A stretch of DNA of 64,000 nt from an uncultured Clostridia bacterium. Its GTDB lineage: Bacteria; Bacillota; Clostridia; Christensenellales; Borkfalkiaceae. The stretch covers positions 36,442 to 100,441 of the forward strand of contig CANQMN010000005.1 of NCBI GenBank assembly GCA_947624965.1, in the 5' to 3' direction. Positions 46,567 to 55,892 of this stretch are shown here, piece after piece. Position 1 is the stretch's first letter. Every line of letters starts with the position of its first letter. The translations under genes were made by a program, and so were the position numbers. Below the pieces are notes generated by a model. The model was not told the DNA's origin, ran no database searches, and worked only from the letters and a program-made list of their open reading frames with translations.

Positions 46567-47481
46567 TCACGGAAGATCCCCGCGGGAAAGATATCGCTCG
46601 CCGCCGTCGGGAAGGAGAACGACGATGCGCTTCCCCGCCGCCCGTTCCGCCGCCTTTACCGCCGCCGCAAGCGCGGCGCCCGAGGAGATCCCCGCAAAGA
46701 TGCCCTCACAGTAGCAGAGCTCCCGCGCGGTCTCGGCGGCTTCCGCGTCCCCGACCGCGACGATCTCGTCTATGATCCCGAGATCGAGGGTCGCGGGGAT
46801 AAATCCCGCGCCGATGCCCTCGATGCCGTGCGCGCCCGCCTTCCCGCCCGAGAGCACCGCGGAGGCGGCGGGCTCCGCCGCGACGACGCGCACGGAAGGA
46901 CGGCGCCGTTTGAGATATCTGCCGACGCCCGTGAGCGTTCCGCCCGTCCCGACGCCCGCGACGAAAACATCGACGCCGCCCGCCGTCTGCCGCCAGATCT
47001 CCGGTCCCGTCGTGCGATCGTGCGCGCGGGGATTGGCGGGATCGGAAAATTGGTCGAGAAGCACGCCGCCGCGCGCCCGCGCGAGCTCCTCCGCCCGTGC
47101 GATCGCCCCCTTCATCCCCTGTCCGCCCGCGGTGAGCGTGACCTCCGCGCCGTACGCCGCGAGAAGTTTCCGCCGCTCCGCGCTCATCGTCTCGGGCATG
47201 GCGACGAGAACGCGATAGCCGCGCGCCGCGCCGACGGCGGCGAGCGCGATCCCCGTATTGCCCGAGGTCGCGGCGACGACGAGCCCGCCCGCTTTCAGCT
47301 CGCCCCGCCGTTCGGAGGCGCACAGCATGGAGAGCGCGACCCTGTCCTTGCACGACCCGGAGAGATTTTTCTGCTCCGTCTTTGCAAAAAGGGGCGTTTT
47401 GAGCCCCCTTCGGGCGGAAAATTTTTCAAGCCGCACGAGCGGCGTATTCCCGATGAGCCGTTCAAAGCCGCGCACCCCCAT
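46567..47481 (-). CDS. cysK: cysteine synthase (O-acetylserine sulfhydrylase)
   Basis: 304 aa with IGNTPLVRL, PLP-lysine context SCKDR, TSGNTG and GVGTGGTLTG. The GTG at 47475 has better RBS spacing. Confidence 0.85.
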   Translation of the reverse strand: MGVRGFERLIGNTPLVRLEKFSARRGLKTPLFAKTEQKNLSGSCKDRVALSMLCASERRGELKAGGLVVAATSGNTGIALAAVGAARGYRVLVAMPETMSAERRKLLAAYGAEVTLTAGGQGMKGAIARAEELARARGGVLLDQFSDPANPRAHDRTTGPEIWRQTAGGVDVFVAGVGTGGTLTGVGRYLKRRRPSVRVVAAEPAASAVLSGGKAGAHGIEGIGAGFIPATLDLGIIDEIVAVGDAEAAETARELCYCEGIFAGISSGAALAAAVKAAERAAGKRIVVLLPDGGERYLSRGDLP

Positions 47482-47501
47482 TCCTCCTTTTCGGCAAAGA
47501 A

Positions 47502-47524
47502 AAGCCGACGAAAGTCGTCGGCTT
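47502..47524 (-). terminator. stem-loop between the upstream hypothetical gene and cysK
   Basis: AAGCCGACG-aaag-TCGTCGGCTT, followed on the reverse strand by TTCTTTG. Confidence 0.5.
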
Positions 47525-47572
47525 AAAGACGGTAAGACCCGATTTCCGTAGAGTTTTTTGTCCCGAAGGACG

Positions 47573-48226
47573 TTACTTTTTACTGCAAGCTCTTCCCTGC
47601 GGGTAGAGCGGGAGCTCGAAGAATCCCGAGCAGACTTCCTGCGAATATTCCTGTGCGGGCGGAATGGCGCAGTAGCCGTAGCTGGGCACGAGCAGTTCCA
47701 CCTGCATGGAGACTTTGAGAATGCAGGTAAGGCATGCGCTGATGGAGAACGTCCCCGTCGCCGCGTCGAACGTGCCCTCGGGCGAGACGCAAGAGGCGAC
47801 CGCCGTAACCGTGAACGGCATCACCGATGCGGGCGGAACGTACATGATGACGTCCTCTTGCAGCGTGATGGAGCTCGTTGCCTTCCCCTCCACGCCCGCG
47901 GCGTCCACATAGACGATCTCGATGGGAACGGTTACCGTCGCCTGTACGCGCGCGCATTCGCTGTCTGCCTGACGCTCCACCGTGAGATTGCTCACCGTGC
48001 CCGTCGCGGAGAGCGAGCGCGCGCTGATGAACGTGAGCGGATATGTAGGGTTGGCGGGCGTGGGATCGACGGGCGCGACGGTGTAATTTTCAAGGCGCGT
48101 CTGGATGATGCCCGCGTCGAAGATCTTTTCCGCCTGAATGCACACCTTTTCGCACAGACCGTTCAACGGATTGCCCGAGATGGTGCCGGGGCAGTGATCC
48201 GAAGAAAAATTGGAAAAAAATGACAT
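47573..48226 (-). CDS. hypothetical Cys-containing protein (possibly spore-envelope associated)
   Basis: 217 aa, MSFFSNFSSDHCPGTISGNPLNGLCEKVCIQAEKIFD... It looks beta-rich and has no signal peptide. I recognised no family. Confidence 0.5.
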   Translation of the reverse strand: MSFFSNFSSDHCPGTISGNPLNGLCEKVCIQAEKIFDAGIIQTRLENYTVAPVDPTPANPTYPLTFISARSLSATGTVSNLTVERQADSECARVQATVTVPIEIVYVDAAGVEGKATSSITLQEDVIMYVPPASVMPFTVTAVASCVSPEGTFDAATGTFSISACLTCILKVSMQVELLVPSYGYCAIPPAQEYSQEVCSGFFELPLYPQGRACSKK

Positions 48227-48290
48227 TTGTTACCTCCGTATAAGAACAGTAAGTTCTGTTATCATTGTATGCGCAAAGCGCGCGCGCCGT

Positions 48291-48602
48291 TCATCCGAGA
48301 TAGACGGTCTGCCCGACGTAAAAGCAATCCGTCCCGTTGAGGAGGCGGAACCGCTCGGGCGAGCCGCAGAGCAGTGTCTTGCTCTCCCCGCCCCGCACGC
48401 GGTAGGCGTTCCCCGCGGCGGGAGGAATGCACAGCGCCTGCCCCGCGGACAGCTCCTTTACCCCGCCGTTGCGGGCGGAAAGGACGGCGGGCGGCACGCC
48501 GAACGCACGGGCGACGTCCTGCAACGTCTGTCCCTTTTTCACGCGGTACAGCCGCGCTTCGCATGCGGAAAGTTTCACACGGCATGATATGCGCCCGCTC
48601 AT
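48291..48602 (-). CDS. LysM-domain protein
   Basis: YRVKKGQTLQDVARAFGVPPAVLSARNG is a LysM motif, and a second degenerate copy is present. The start is uncertain (ATG at 48602, no clear RBS). Confidence 0.5.
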   Translation of the reverse strand: MSGRISCRVKLSACEARLYRVKKGQTLQDVARAFGVPPAVLSARNGGVKELSAGQALCIPPAAGNAYRVRGGESKTLLCGSPERFRLLNGTDCFYVGQTVYLG

Positions 48603-48633
48603 AAAAAGGTTTCCGCGCCGAATAAAATACTCT

Positions 48634-50166
48634 ATGAACTTGTACCGTACCGCCGCCGCCGTAACCGTATTTTCCGCGCTCGAACACTGCCTCGGGTTTT
48701 TATATCGCATCGTCCTCTCGCGCACGCTGGGTCCCGAAGGGCTCGGCGTGTACCAGATCTCCTACACCGTATTCGCCGTCTTTCTCACCATCTCGTCGAG
48801 CGGGCTCCCCATCACCCTTTCGCGCGTGATCTCCAAGCACCGCGCGGAGAAAAACCCGCGCGCGGAACACGCCGCCACGACCGCGGCGATGGCGATCTCC
48901 CTCTCGTTCAGCGTGCCGCTCACCGCTTTGCTGTTCGCACTGCGCGCGCCCTTTTCCCGCATCTTTTCCGACCCGCGCTGCGCCGACCTCTTCTATATCC
49001 TGCTCTTTTCGCTCTCGTTCACCTCGCTCTACTCCATCATCCGCGGAAGTTTTTGGGGAAGAAAGCGGTTCTTCGCCTACTCCTTCATCGAGCTCGCGGA
49101 GGAAATTGTAAAGATCCTCGCGGGCGTCGTGCTCCTTCTCCTCGTGCAGACGTCCTTGCCCGACGTCAACCGCGCCGCCGTCGCCCTGCTCATCGCCTAT
49201 CTCTTCTCCTTTGCGCTCGCCGCCTTCTGGTTCTTCGTAACGGGCGGGAAGCTCCGCTCCCCGCGCGGAGAGTTTCTCCCCCTCATCCGTTCCTCCGCGC
49301 CCGTAACGGCGATGCGCGCTTCCTCCTCCCTCGTGAGTTCCCTCGTCTCCGTGCTCTTCCCCATCCGGATGATGGCGGCGGGCGCCTCGTCCGCCCGCGC
49401 GCTCGCGGAGTACGGGGTCGTCTACGGCATGGTCGCGCCCGTCATCTTCGTGCCGAATACCTTTCTCTCCTCCATCGCGCTCGTGCTCGTGCCCGAGCTC
49501 TCCGAGAGCTACTACCGCAAGCAGACGGAAAAGGTCTCCGCCCTCGTGCGCAAGGCGCTCTCCTCCGCCCTGCTCATCACGGGCGCGCTCATCCCCTTCT
49601 TCGTCGCCTGCGGCGAGGACGTGGGCGTCCTCCTCTTCGCGAGCGCGGAGAGCGGCAAGATGATCGCGGGATGCGCCCTCATGCTCGTGCCCATGGGCGT
49701 CGCGATGATCTCAACGAGCATGCTCAACTCGATGAACTGCGAAAAGCACACGCTCCTCTTCTTTCTCCTCGGCTCGGCGGCGATGCTCCTGTGCGTATGG
49801 TTTTTGCCGCCCTACCTCGGGAGCGGCGCGCTCCTTGCGGGCATGGCGGCAGACTACGCCGTTACCGCCGTGTGCTCCCTCGCGCTCCTGCGCAAAAAGG
49901 CGGGGAAGCTCGCCCTCGGAAAGCACTGCCTCAAACTTGCCGCGGCGATCCTCCCGACGACGCTGCTCGCGGCGGGACTGCACACCCTTCTCGTCCGCTG
50001 TTTGAGCTACGTGCCCGCGCTCGTTCTCACGTTTTTGTTCGTCGCGCTGTGCGAGGGCGTCCTCTTCTCGCTTTTGAAACTGTTCGACTTCCGCGCGTTT
50101 GCGAAAAAGTTCCTCCCGTCGCGAAAAAAACGGGCGGCGCGGCATTTTTTTCGCTCCCGCGCTTGA
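48634..50166 (+). CDS. MOP-superfamily flippase (SpoVB / MurJ-like)
   Basis: The ATG at 48634 gives 510 aa with about 14 TM segments and the N-terminal pattern FLYRIVLSRTLGPEGLGVYQ. Confidence 0.75.
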   Translation: MNLYRTAAAVTVFSALEHCLGFLYRIVLSRTLGPEGLGVYQISYTVFAVFLTISSSGLPITLSRVISKHRAEKNPRAEHAATTAAMAISLSFSVPLTALLFALRAPFSRIFSDPRCADLFYILLFSLSFTSLYSIIRGSFWGRKRFFAYSFIELAEEIVKILAGVVLLLLVQTSLPDVNRAAVALLIAYLFSFALAAFWFFVTGGKLRSPRGEFLPLIRSSAPVTAMRASSSLVSSLVSVLFPIRMMAAGASSARALAEYGVVYGMVAPVIFVPNTFLSSIALVLVPELSESYYRKQTEKVSALVRKALSSALLITGALIPFFVACGEDVGVLLFASAESGKMIAGCALMLVPMGVAMISTSMLNSMNCEKHTLLFFLLGSAAMLLCVWFLPPYLGSGALLAGMAADYAVTAVCSLALLRKKAGKLALGKHCLKLAAAILPTTLLAAGLHTLLVRCLSYVPALVLTFLFVALCEGVLFSLLKLFDFRAFAKKFLPSRKKRAARHFFRSRA

Positions 50167-50223
50167 TAATGGCGCGGAAGTGTGCTATAATTTTCTGCGA
50201 GAAATTTCTCGGAGGAAAAAGAA

Positions 50224-51651
50224 ATGAAGCTGACCGAAGAACAGCGCAAAAAGATGCGCATCACGGTGGACTACACCAACATGACCGATAAGTATCTCGG
50301 GGACAAGGGCATCTCGCAAAAGACGCTCGCCGCGCACAAGCCGCTCGCGAAAGCGGCGCACGCGTACGTCGCCGAAAACCGCGGCAAGGACGAGCTCTTC
50401 ATGGGCTGGACGGAGCTCCCCTACAACCAGGACGAGATCGTCGCCGACATCCTCGCGACCGCGAAGGACATCCGCAAGAAGTTCGACTGCTTCGTCGTGC
50501 TCGGCATCGGCGGTTCGGCGCTCGGTCCCTCGATGGCGTTCTCCGCGCTCTGCCATCTGCACTATAACGACCTGCCCAAGTCCAAGCGCAAGGGTCCCAA
50601 GTTCTATGTGGAGGACAACGTGGACCCCGTCCGCATGAAGGAACTTTTGGACGTCATCGACGTGAAAAAGACGTGCTTCAACGTCATCTCCAAGTCGGGC
50701 GCGACGAGCGAGACGATGACCCAGTACCTCATCATCGCCGACCTCCTCGAAAAGGCGGGCGAAAACGTGAAGGACCACGTCGTGTTCACGACGGACGCCT
50801 CCCGCGGCAACCTCGTGAAAATTTCCAAGGAACTGGGCGGCGTGAAGTCCTTCGTGCTCGGCGACGGCGTGGGCGGAAGATTTTCCGAGCTCTCCCCCGT
50901 CGGGCTCCTGCCCGCGGCGGTGCTCGGCATCGACATCAAGCTCCTCTTGAAGGGCGCGGCGTACATGGATAAGCTGTGCAAGACGCCCGACCTCAAAAAG
51001 AACCCCGCCCTCCTCTCCGCGACCCTGCAATTCATCGCGATGAACAGCGGCAAGAATATCGGCGTCATGATGCCCTATTCGGACAATTTGCGCTACGTCT
51101 CCGATTGGTACGCCCAGCTGTGGGCGGAGAGCCTCGGCAAGAACACGAAACTTTCGGGCGAACCGTGCGCCGTCGGACAGACGCCCGTAAAAGCCCTCGG
51201 CGTGACCGACCAGCACTCGCAGGTCCAGCTCTACACCGAAGGTCCCTACGACAAGGTGGTGACCTTCCTCTCCGTGGGAAGCTACAAGGAAAAGACGCCC
51301 ATTCCGCACGGCTGCGAGAACATTCCCGACGTGGGATTTTTGGGCGGACATACGATGGAAGAGCTCATTCAGGCGGAGAACAAGGCGACGGCGTACGCCC
51401 TCACCAAGGCGGGGCGGCTCAATTACACCGTTACCCTTCCCGAGATCAACGAATTTACCCTCGGACAGCTCCTCTTCTACTTCGAGTTGCAGACGGCTTA
51501 CGCGGGCGCGATGTTCGACATCAACACCTTCAACCAGCCCGGCGTGGAGGCGGGAAAGAAGGCGACGTTCGCGCTCCTCGGTAAGCCCGGCTACGAGGAA
51601 CAGCGCAAGGCGCTCGACGGCGCCGCGCCCGACCCCGCCTATATCGTATAA
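50224..51651 (+). CDS. pgi: glucose-6-phosphate isomerase
   Basis: 475 aa with VVLGIGGSALGP and ISKSGATSET motifs. Confidence 0.9.
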   Translation: MKLTEEQRKKMRITVDYTNMTDKYLGDKGISQKTLAAHKPLAKAAHAYVAENRGKDELFMGWTELPYNQDEIVADILATAKDIRKKFDCFVVLGIGGSALGPSMAFSALCHLHYNDLPKSKRKGPKFYVEDNVDPVRMKELLDVIDVKKTCFNVISKSGATSETMTQYLIIADLLEKAGENVKDHVVFTTDASRGNLVKISKELGGVKSFVLGDGVGGRFSELSPVGLLPAAVLGIDIKLLLKGAAYMDKLCKTPDLKKNPALLSATLQFIAMNSGKNIGVMMPYSDNLRYVSDWYAQLWAESLGKNTKLSGEPCAVGQTPVKALGVTDQHSQVQLYTEGPYDKVVTFLSVGSYKEKTPIPHGCENIPDVGFLGGHTMEELIQAENKATAYALTKAGRLNYTVTLPEINEFTLGQLLFYFELQTAYAGAMFDINTFNQPGVEAGKKATFALLGKPGYEEQRKALDGAAPDPAYIV

Positions 51652-51665
51652 CTTACAACGAAAAA

Positions 51666-51693
51666 GCCCGCCGCGGCAATTGCCGCGGCGGGC
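51666..51693. terminator. bidirectional terminator
   Basis: The perfect palindrome GCCCGCCGCGGCAATTGCCGCGGCGGGC is flanked by A5 and T5 runs. Confidence 0.7.
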
Positions 51694-51706
51694 TTTTTCT
51701 ACCCCA

Positions 51707-54337
51707 TTATGCGTTCTTCGTCCAAGTATAGAAGTCCGTCAACGCCGCCGCAACTGCGGCAGGATCGGAAAAGTCGGGCGTAACGTCTTCATCAAAGTAG
51801 TTCTTCGCCGTCCAACCCGTCGCATCGGCGAACGTCGCCCCCGTCAGACCGCATCCGGAAAACGCGTCCCCGCCGAGCTCTGCGACGCTCGCCGGAATGA
51901 TAACGCTCGTAAGGTCATAGTTGGAAGCAAACGCGCTTGCGCCGATATGCCGCACCTTTTCTCCGAGCGTGAGTTCGGTGATGCCGCAGTACTCGAACGC
52001 ATGGTCCCCGATGAACGTAACGTTCCCCGAAACGGTAACGCTTGTAAGATCATAGTTGGAAGCAAACGCCGCCTCCCCGATCGTCTCCGTATTCGCGCCG
52101 AGTCGGAGCCCCGTAATGCCGCAAGAGTCGAATGCGTGCGCGCCGATCTCCTTCACGTCCGAGCCGATCGCGACCTCGTCATAGATCGCCTTACCCGAGA
52201 AGGCATAGTCGCCGATCTTCCGAACGCCGTCCACGGTGAGCGCGCCGTATCCGCTCACAATGCCGATGACGAGGGTATCCGTCGCCTTTTCCACGACGCC
52301 GCACGTCCTCACCTCATAGAAGGAATTGCCCGCCGCCACCTCGATCTCGGTGAGGTTACTGTTATCGGCGAACGCCGTGGAGGCGATCTTCTCCACGCTC
52401 GCGGGCAAATGGAGCGCCGTCGTCGAGATATTCCAAAACGCGTACGGCTTGATCTCCTTCACGCCCTCGGGAATGGTGAGCGTTGTCCCGTAGTCGTTGA
52501 TCACCGTCTCTACGCCGCCCGCGGTCGAGGCATAGATAGTCGCACTCTCCCAAACCAAGGGGTTCGCGCCGTCGTCCGCAAAGTCGATCTCGCACCACTT
52601 CGCAAGGTCTTTGATGTGGAAGACGGTGTCCTCGCCGAACGGCGTGCAGGAGGAGAACGCCCATTCGCCGACCCGCTTCAACCCCGTGCCGATGGTGAGA
52701 TCGGTGATCGTTCCGCAGTTATAGAACGCCCGTTCGCCGATCTCCTCCACGCTGTCGGGAATGACGAACGTCGGCGAGAGCGCCGTCTGCTCGAACGTAT
52801 GGGCGGGAACGATCTTTATGCCGCTCGGAATTTGCGAATTACAGCATCCGAGCACGACGGACATCGTCGCCCTGTCATAGATGCAGTTGGTCTCCGACCC
52901 GTACGCGGCATTGCCCGCGGCAACGGAGAGCGACGTGATATCCGCACAGCCTTGCAGAACGCCGAAGCCGATCTTCTCGACGTCCTTCCCGACCGTGAAG
53001 GAGGTAAGCTCCGCACAGCCCGCAAAGGTAAAGGCGTTGATCTCGGTCACGCCGTCGGGAATGACGACTTCGGTAACCTTCTGCCCGTCCGCATAGAGCA
53101 AGGCGTTCCCGCCGTTGAGCGGGTTCGCGGAGGCGTCGGGAGAGTCCTCATCATAGACGAATTCGATTTCAAGCCACTGTGCGAGGGAGGGAATGTTCAC
53201 CGTCTGAATGGCGTCGCACATGGAAAACGCCGATCCCTCGATTTTTTTCAGCCCGCTGCCGAAGGAGACCGATCGCAGCGCGTCGCAGAGCATAAACGCG
53301 CCGTTCCCGATCTTGCGCAAGCTGTCGGGGAGTTCGATCTCCTCCAACAAACTGCAAAAGGAGAATGCGCTCGAACCGATGGATCTCACATTTTCCCCGA
53401 AAGTCACGTTCGCGAGGTTGGAACAACCGTCGAACACATTGTCCATGATGACCGCCGTCTCTGCCGCGATCGTAACCTCGGTGATCCCCTCGATGCTCTC
53501 GGGGTCTGCGATCGCGACGAGGACCAATTTCGGATGCTCCGCGTTGCCGAGATAGTTGTATCCCCCCTCCTCATGATAGGTGAGCGCGTCGCACTCCTCG
53601 AAGGCGCCGTAACCGATCTCCGCGATACTGTCGCCGAGGGACAGGGTTTCGAGCGCGGAACACCCGAAAAAGGCGTAGGCCGCAATTTCCGACACGCTGT
53701 CGGGAAGAACGATGGTCTCGATCTTATCGCAATAGCCGAAGGCGCAGTAGCCGATGCTCTTGATATTGTTGCCGAATACGACCTCTTCGAGCACTTTCCC
53801 GACGTCTTTTGCGTCCGCGCGGAACGCATGTGCTGCGATCGCCGTCACAGGCTTTTCGTTATGCGTATCGGGAATGACGATCTTTGTGAGGGTGTCGTTC
53901 GTCGTCCCCGTCACAGTGTAACCGCCGTCCTCGTTTTCGAGGAACCCGAGCGAAGTCGTGCCGTCCGCATGCCAATGGCAGACGGAACACTCGTAGTCGT
54001 TGATAAAGGTATGCTCCGCCTCGCCGTCACGCGCGCCGCAGCGCGTGCACGCGTAGTAATGACCGTTTTCATCCGCCGAATAGGTCGTCTCGAAGTCATG
54101 CCCGAGTTTGGTTATGGCTTGCGTTTCAATGTCGTCGCACGTCGTGCATTCGCGCTGCCGTTCGCCGTCCGCCGTGCAGGTCGCGTCCCTCGTCGTATGC
54201 CATTCGCCATAGGCATGGGTATGGGGCTCAATACCCCCCCCCGGATTTTCGCTGTCGCTTCCGCAGGCGCAGAGCGCCGACATCGAACCCGTCGCAAGAA
54301 ACACAGCCGCCAAGATCGTCGCAATTTTCCGTCTCAT
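51707..54337 (-). CDS. BspA-type leucine-rich-repeat surface lipoprotein
   Basis: 876 aa with signal plus lipobox MRRKIATILAAVFLATGSMSALCAC, a Cys/His-rich N-terminal module, and many LRR_5-type units (IPDSV..IG..AF..C..L..). Confidence 0.8.
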   Translation of the reverse strand: MRRKIATILAAVFLATGSMSALCACGSDSENPGGGIEPHTHAYGEWHTTRDATCTADGERQRECTTCDDIETQAITKLGHDFETTYSADENGHYYACTRCGARDGEAEHTFINDYECSVCHWHADGTTSLGFLENEDGGYTVTGTTNDTLTKIVIPDTHNEKPVTAIAAHAFRADAKDVGKVLEEVVFGNNIKSIGYCAFGYCDKIETIVLPDSVSEIAAYAFFGCSALETLSLGDSIAEIGYGAFEECDALTYHEEGGYNYLGNAEHPKLVLVAIADPESIEGITEVTIAAETAVIMDNVFDGCSNLANVTFGENVRSIGSSAFSFCSLLEEIELPDSLRKIGNGAFMLCDALRSVSFGSGLKKIEGSAFSMCDAIQTVNIPSLAQWLEIEFVYDEDSPDASANPLNGGNALLYADGQKVTEVVIPDGVTEINAFTFAGCAELTSFTVGKDVEKIGFGVLQGCADITSLSVAAGNAAYGSETNCIYDRATMSVVLGCCNSQIPSGIKIVPAHTFEQTALSPTFVIPDSVEEIGERAFYNCGTITDLTIGTGLKRVGEWAFSSCTPFGEDTVFHIKDLAKWCEIDFADDGANPLVWESATIYASTAGGVETVINDYGTTLTIPEGVKEIKPYAFWNISTTALHLPASVEKIASTAFADNSNLTEIEVAAGNSFYEVRTCGVVEKATDTLVIGIVSGYGALTVDGVRKIGDYAFSGKAIYDEVAIGSDVKEIGAHAFDSCGITGLRLGANTETIGEAAFASNYDLTSVTVSGNVTFIGDHAFEYCGITELTLGEKVRHIGASAFASNYDLTSVIIPASVAELGGDAFSGCGLTGATFADATGWTAKNYFDEDVTPDFSDPAAVAAALTDFYTWTKNA

Positions 54338-54381
54338 ATTTTCTCCTTCTTCCGAATGAAGCGCTCCCGCTTCGTATTACA

Positions 54382-54410
54382 ATTATACCATAACCCCGCC
54401 GCATTTGCAA
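54382..54410 (-). promoter_or_regulatory. candidate promoter of the LRR lipoprotein gene
   Basis: The reverse strand reads TTGCAA-17 nt-TGgTATAAT. Confidence 0.5.
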
Positions 54411-54478
54411 TCGTTTTTCGGGAAAGAGCCCGCACGAAGCGCCGAATTTCGTGCAACGGGTGTCGGTTTTTACAAAAC

Positions 54479-54512
54479 CTGCGCCGCCGCGGCTGATGCC
54501 GCGGCGGCGCAG
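54479..54512 (-). terminator. stem-loop after the 458-aa membrane protein gene
   Basis: CTGCGCCGCCGCGG-ctgatg-CCGCGGCGGCGCAG, followed on the reverse strand by GTTTTGT. Confidence 0.55.
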
Positions 54513-54515
54513 GCG

Positions 54516-55892
54516 TCAAGTTACTTTCAAAGTTGCATAGTAATCAAAAAGGCTGTCCGTCCATTTGAGATAGTATGTTCCCGGTCCTTTGATACTTGTG
54601 GAATGATAACGACCCGGATCGGAAAACACTTCTATATAACCCAAACGGGCGCGCACATAATTGGACGAATATTCTGCCGTATAAGTAAACGCCGTCGCTG
54701 CAAAGTATTCATAGGAGACGCTTGCGGGAGAAAGCGTCGCTTCGGCGGTGTGCTTTTTACCCGAAGTGTCCGTCATCCCGCTATTAAGCATTTCGGCGCG
54801 TGTTACCGTGGAATTTGCGTCGAACAGCACGCGAATGACGCGATACCGCATACCTTTCGCCTCTTCGGCGAGCGCAGCGATCTCGCCGTCGATCGCTTCG
54901 ATACGCCTCTCGTCCCCTTTTATGAGCGCCGCTTCGAGCTCGCGGTCAAGCTCATTTTGCTTTCGCATGAGCGAAACGGCATTGTCGGAATAATAGTACC
55001 ATTCTCCCGTTGACTCGACGTCCGCTCTGCCGAGAATGTCCGCCACGCGAGACTGCGACGCGCCTATATCGATCTCGTAAAATTTGGATTCCAAGAAAAT
55101 ATTCGAGCTGACTGCTGTGCCGATCACGATCGTGATGACGAGAATGACCGACGTGGCTACCGTAAGAAAACCCGCCCACATGCGGCGCACACGGGGAAAG
55201 GATGGCGTGCGTGCGATCTCTCTTTTTAACAGCGCGGTATTTTCCGCATAATCGGTAATCTCCGTCATCTGTGCGGGAAGCTGTTTGCAAGCAACGGCGC
55301 ATGTGCACGAACTGACGGAAAGAAGAAAGTAACCCAAAGCAAACAAAGGATAAATCGCAATATTGACCCAATTTTCAATATAATTGCTCTCACTGATTTG
55401 ACCGAGTTGCAACGCGAGGCTATCCAAACCTTCTCCCTCTGCGGAAAACATCGGAGACGATCCAAATACAAATACAGATCCAAATACAAGATAAGCGACT
55501 GCAAAGAAGGAATACGCTACGGCGCACGCAATCATGCTTGCCCTGTTCTTCCGCAAGTATTTCAAAGGCGCTCGGGACACCTTTTCTCCGATTATTTGCT
55601 TTTTCTTTACAAGAAATATAAGCCCGACAATAATAAGAGCAACCCCGAAAAATCGGGGAAAATCCAATATGAGATTGCCAATATACCTCATTCCCACTAC
55701 TACAACACCTGCACCACCGCACACCAACCACGGGCAAGCCCATTTGAGCCGCAGAACGGAGCGGACACGACCAAGCAATTTATTTTTGCCGTCGTCTGCA
55801 TTTGTTTTCGTCTTCGGCGTGGCATACCTCTCTCTCCATTCGGTGCGGAGCGCCCGCTCTTCCTCCGGGAAGGCGGGGTATTTTTTCCGCAA
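54516..55892 (-). CDS. hypothetical membrane protein
   Basis: 458 aa with about 6 TM segments and a soluble C-terminal domain. The sequence is AT-richer than its surroundings by eye. I recognised no family. Confidence 0.5.
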   Translation of the reverse strand: MRKKYPAFPEEERALRTEWRERYATPKTKTNADDGKNKLLGRVRSVLRLKWACPWLVCGGAGVVVVGMRYIGNLILDFPRFFGVALIIVGLIFLVKKKQIIGEKVSRAPLKYLRKNRASMIACAVAYSFFAVAYLVFGSVFVFGSSPMFSAEGEGLDSLALQLGQISESNYIENWVNIAIYPLFALGYFLLSVSSCTCAVACKQLPAQMTEITDYAENTALLKREIARTPSFPRVRRMWAGFLTVATSVILVITIVIGTAVSSNIFLESKFYEIDIGASQSRVADILGRADVESTGEWYYYSDNAVSLMRKQNELDRELEAALIKGDERRIEAIDGEIAALAEEAKGMRYRVIRVLFDANSTVTRAEMLNSGMTDTSGKKHTAEATLSPASVSYEYFAATAFTYTAEYSSNYVRARLGYIEVFSDPGRYHSTSIKGPGTYYLKWTDSLFDYYATLKVT

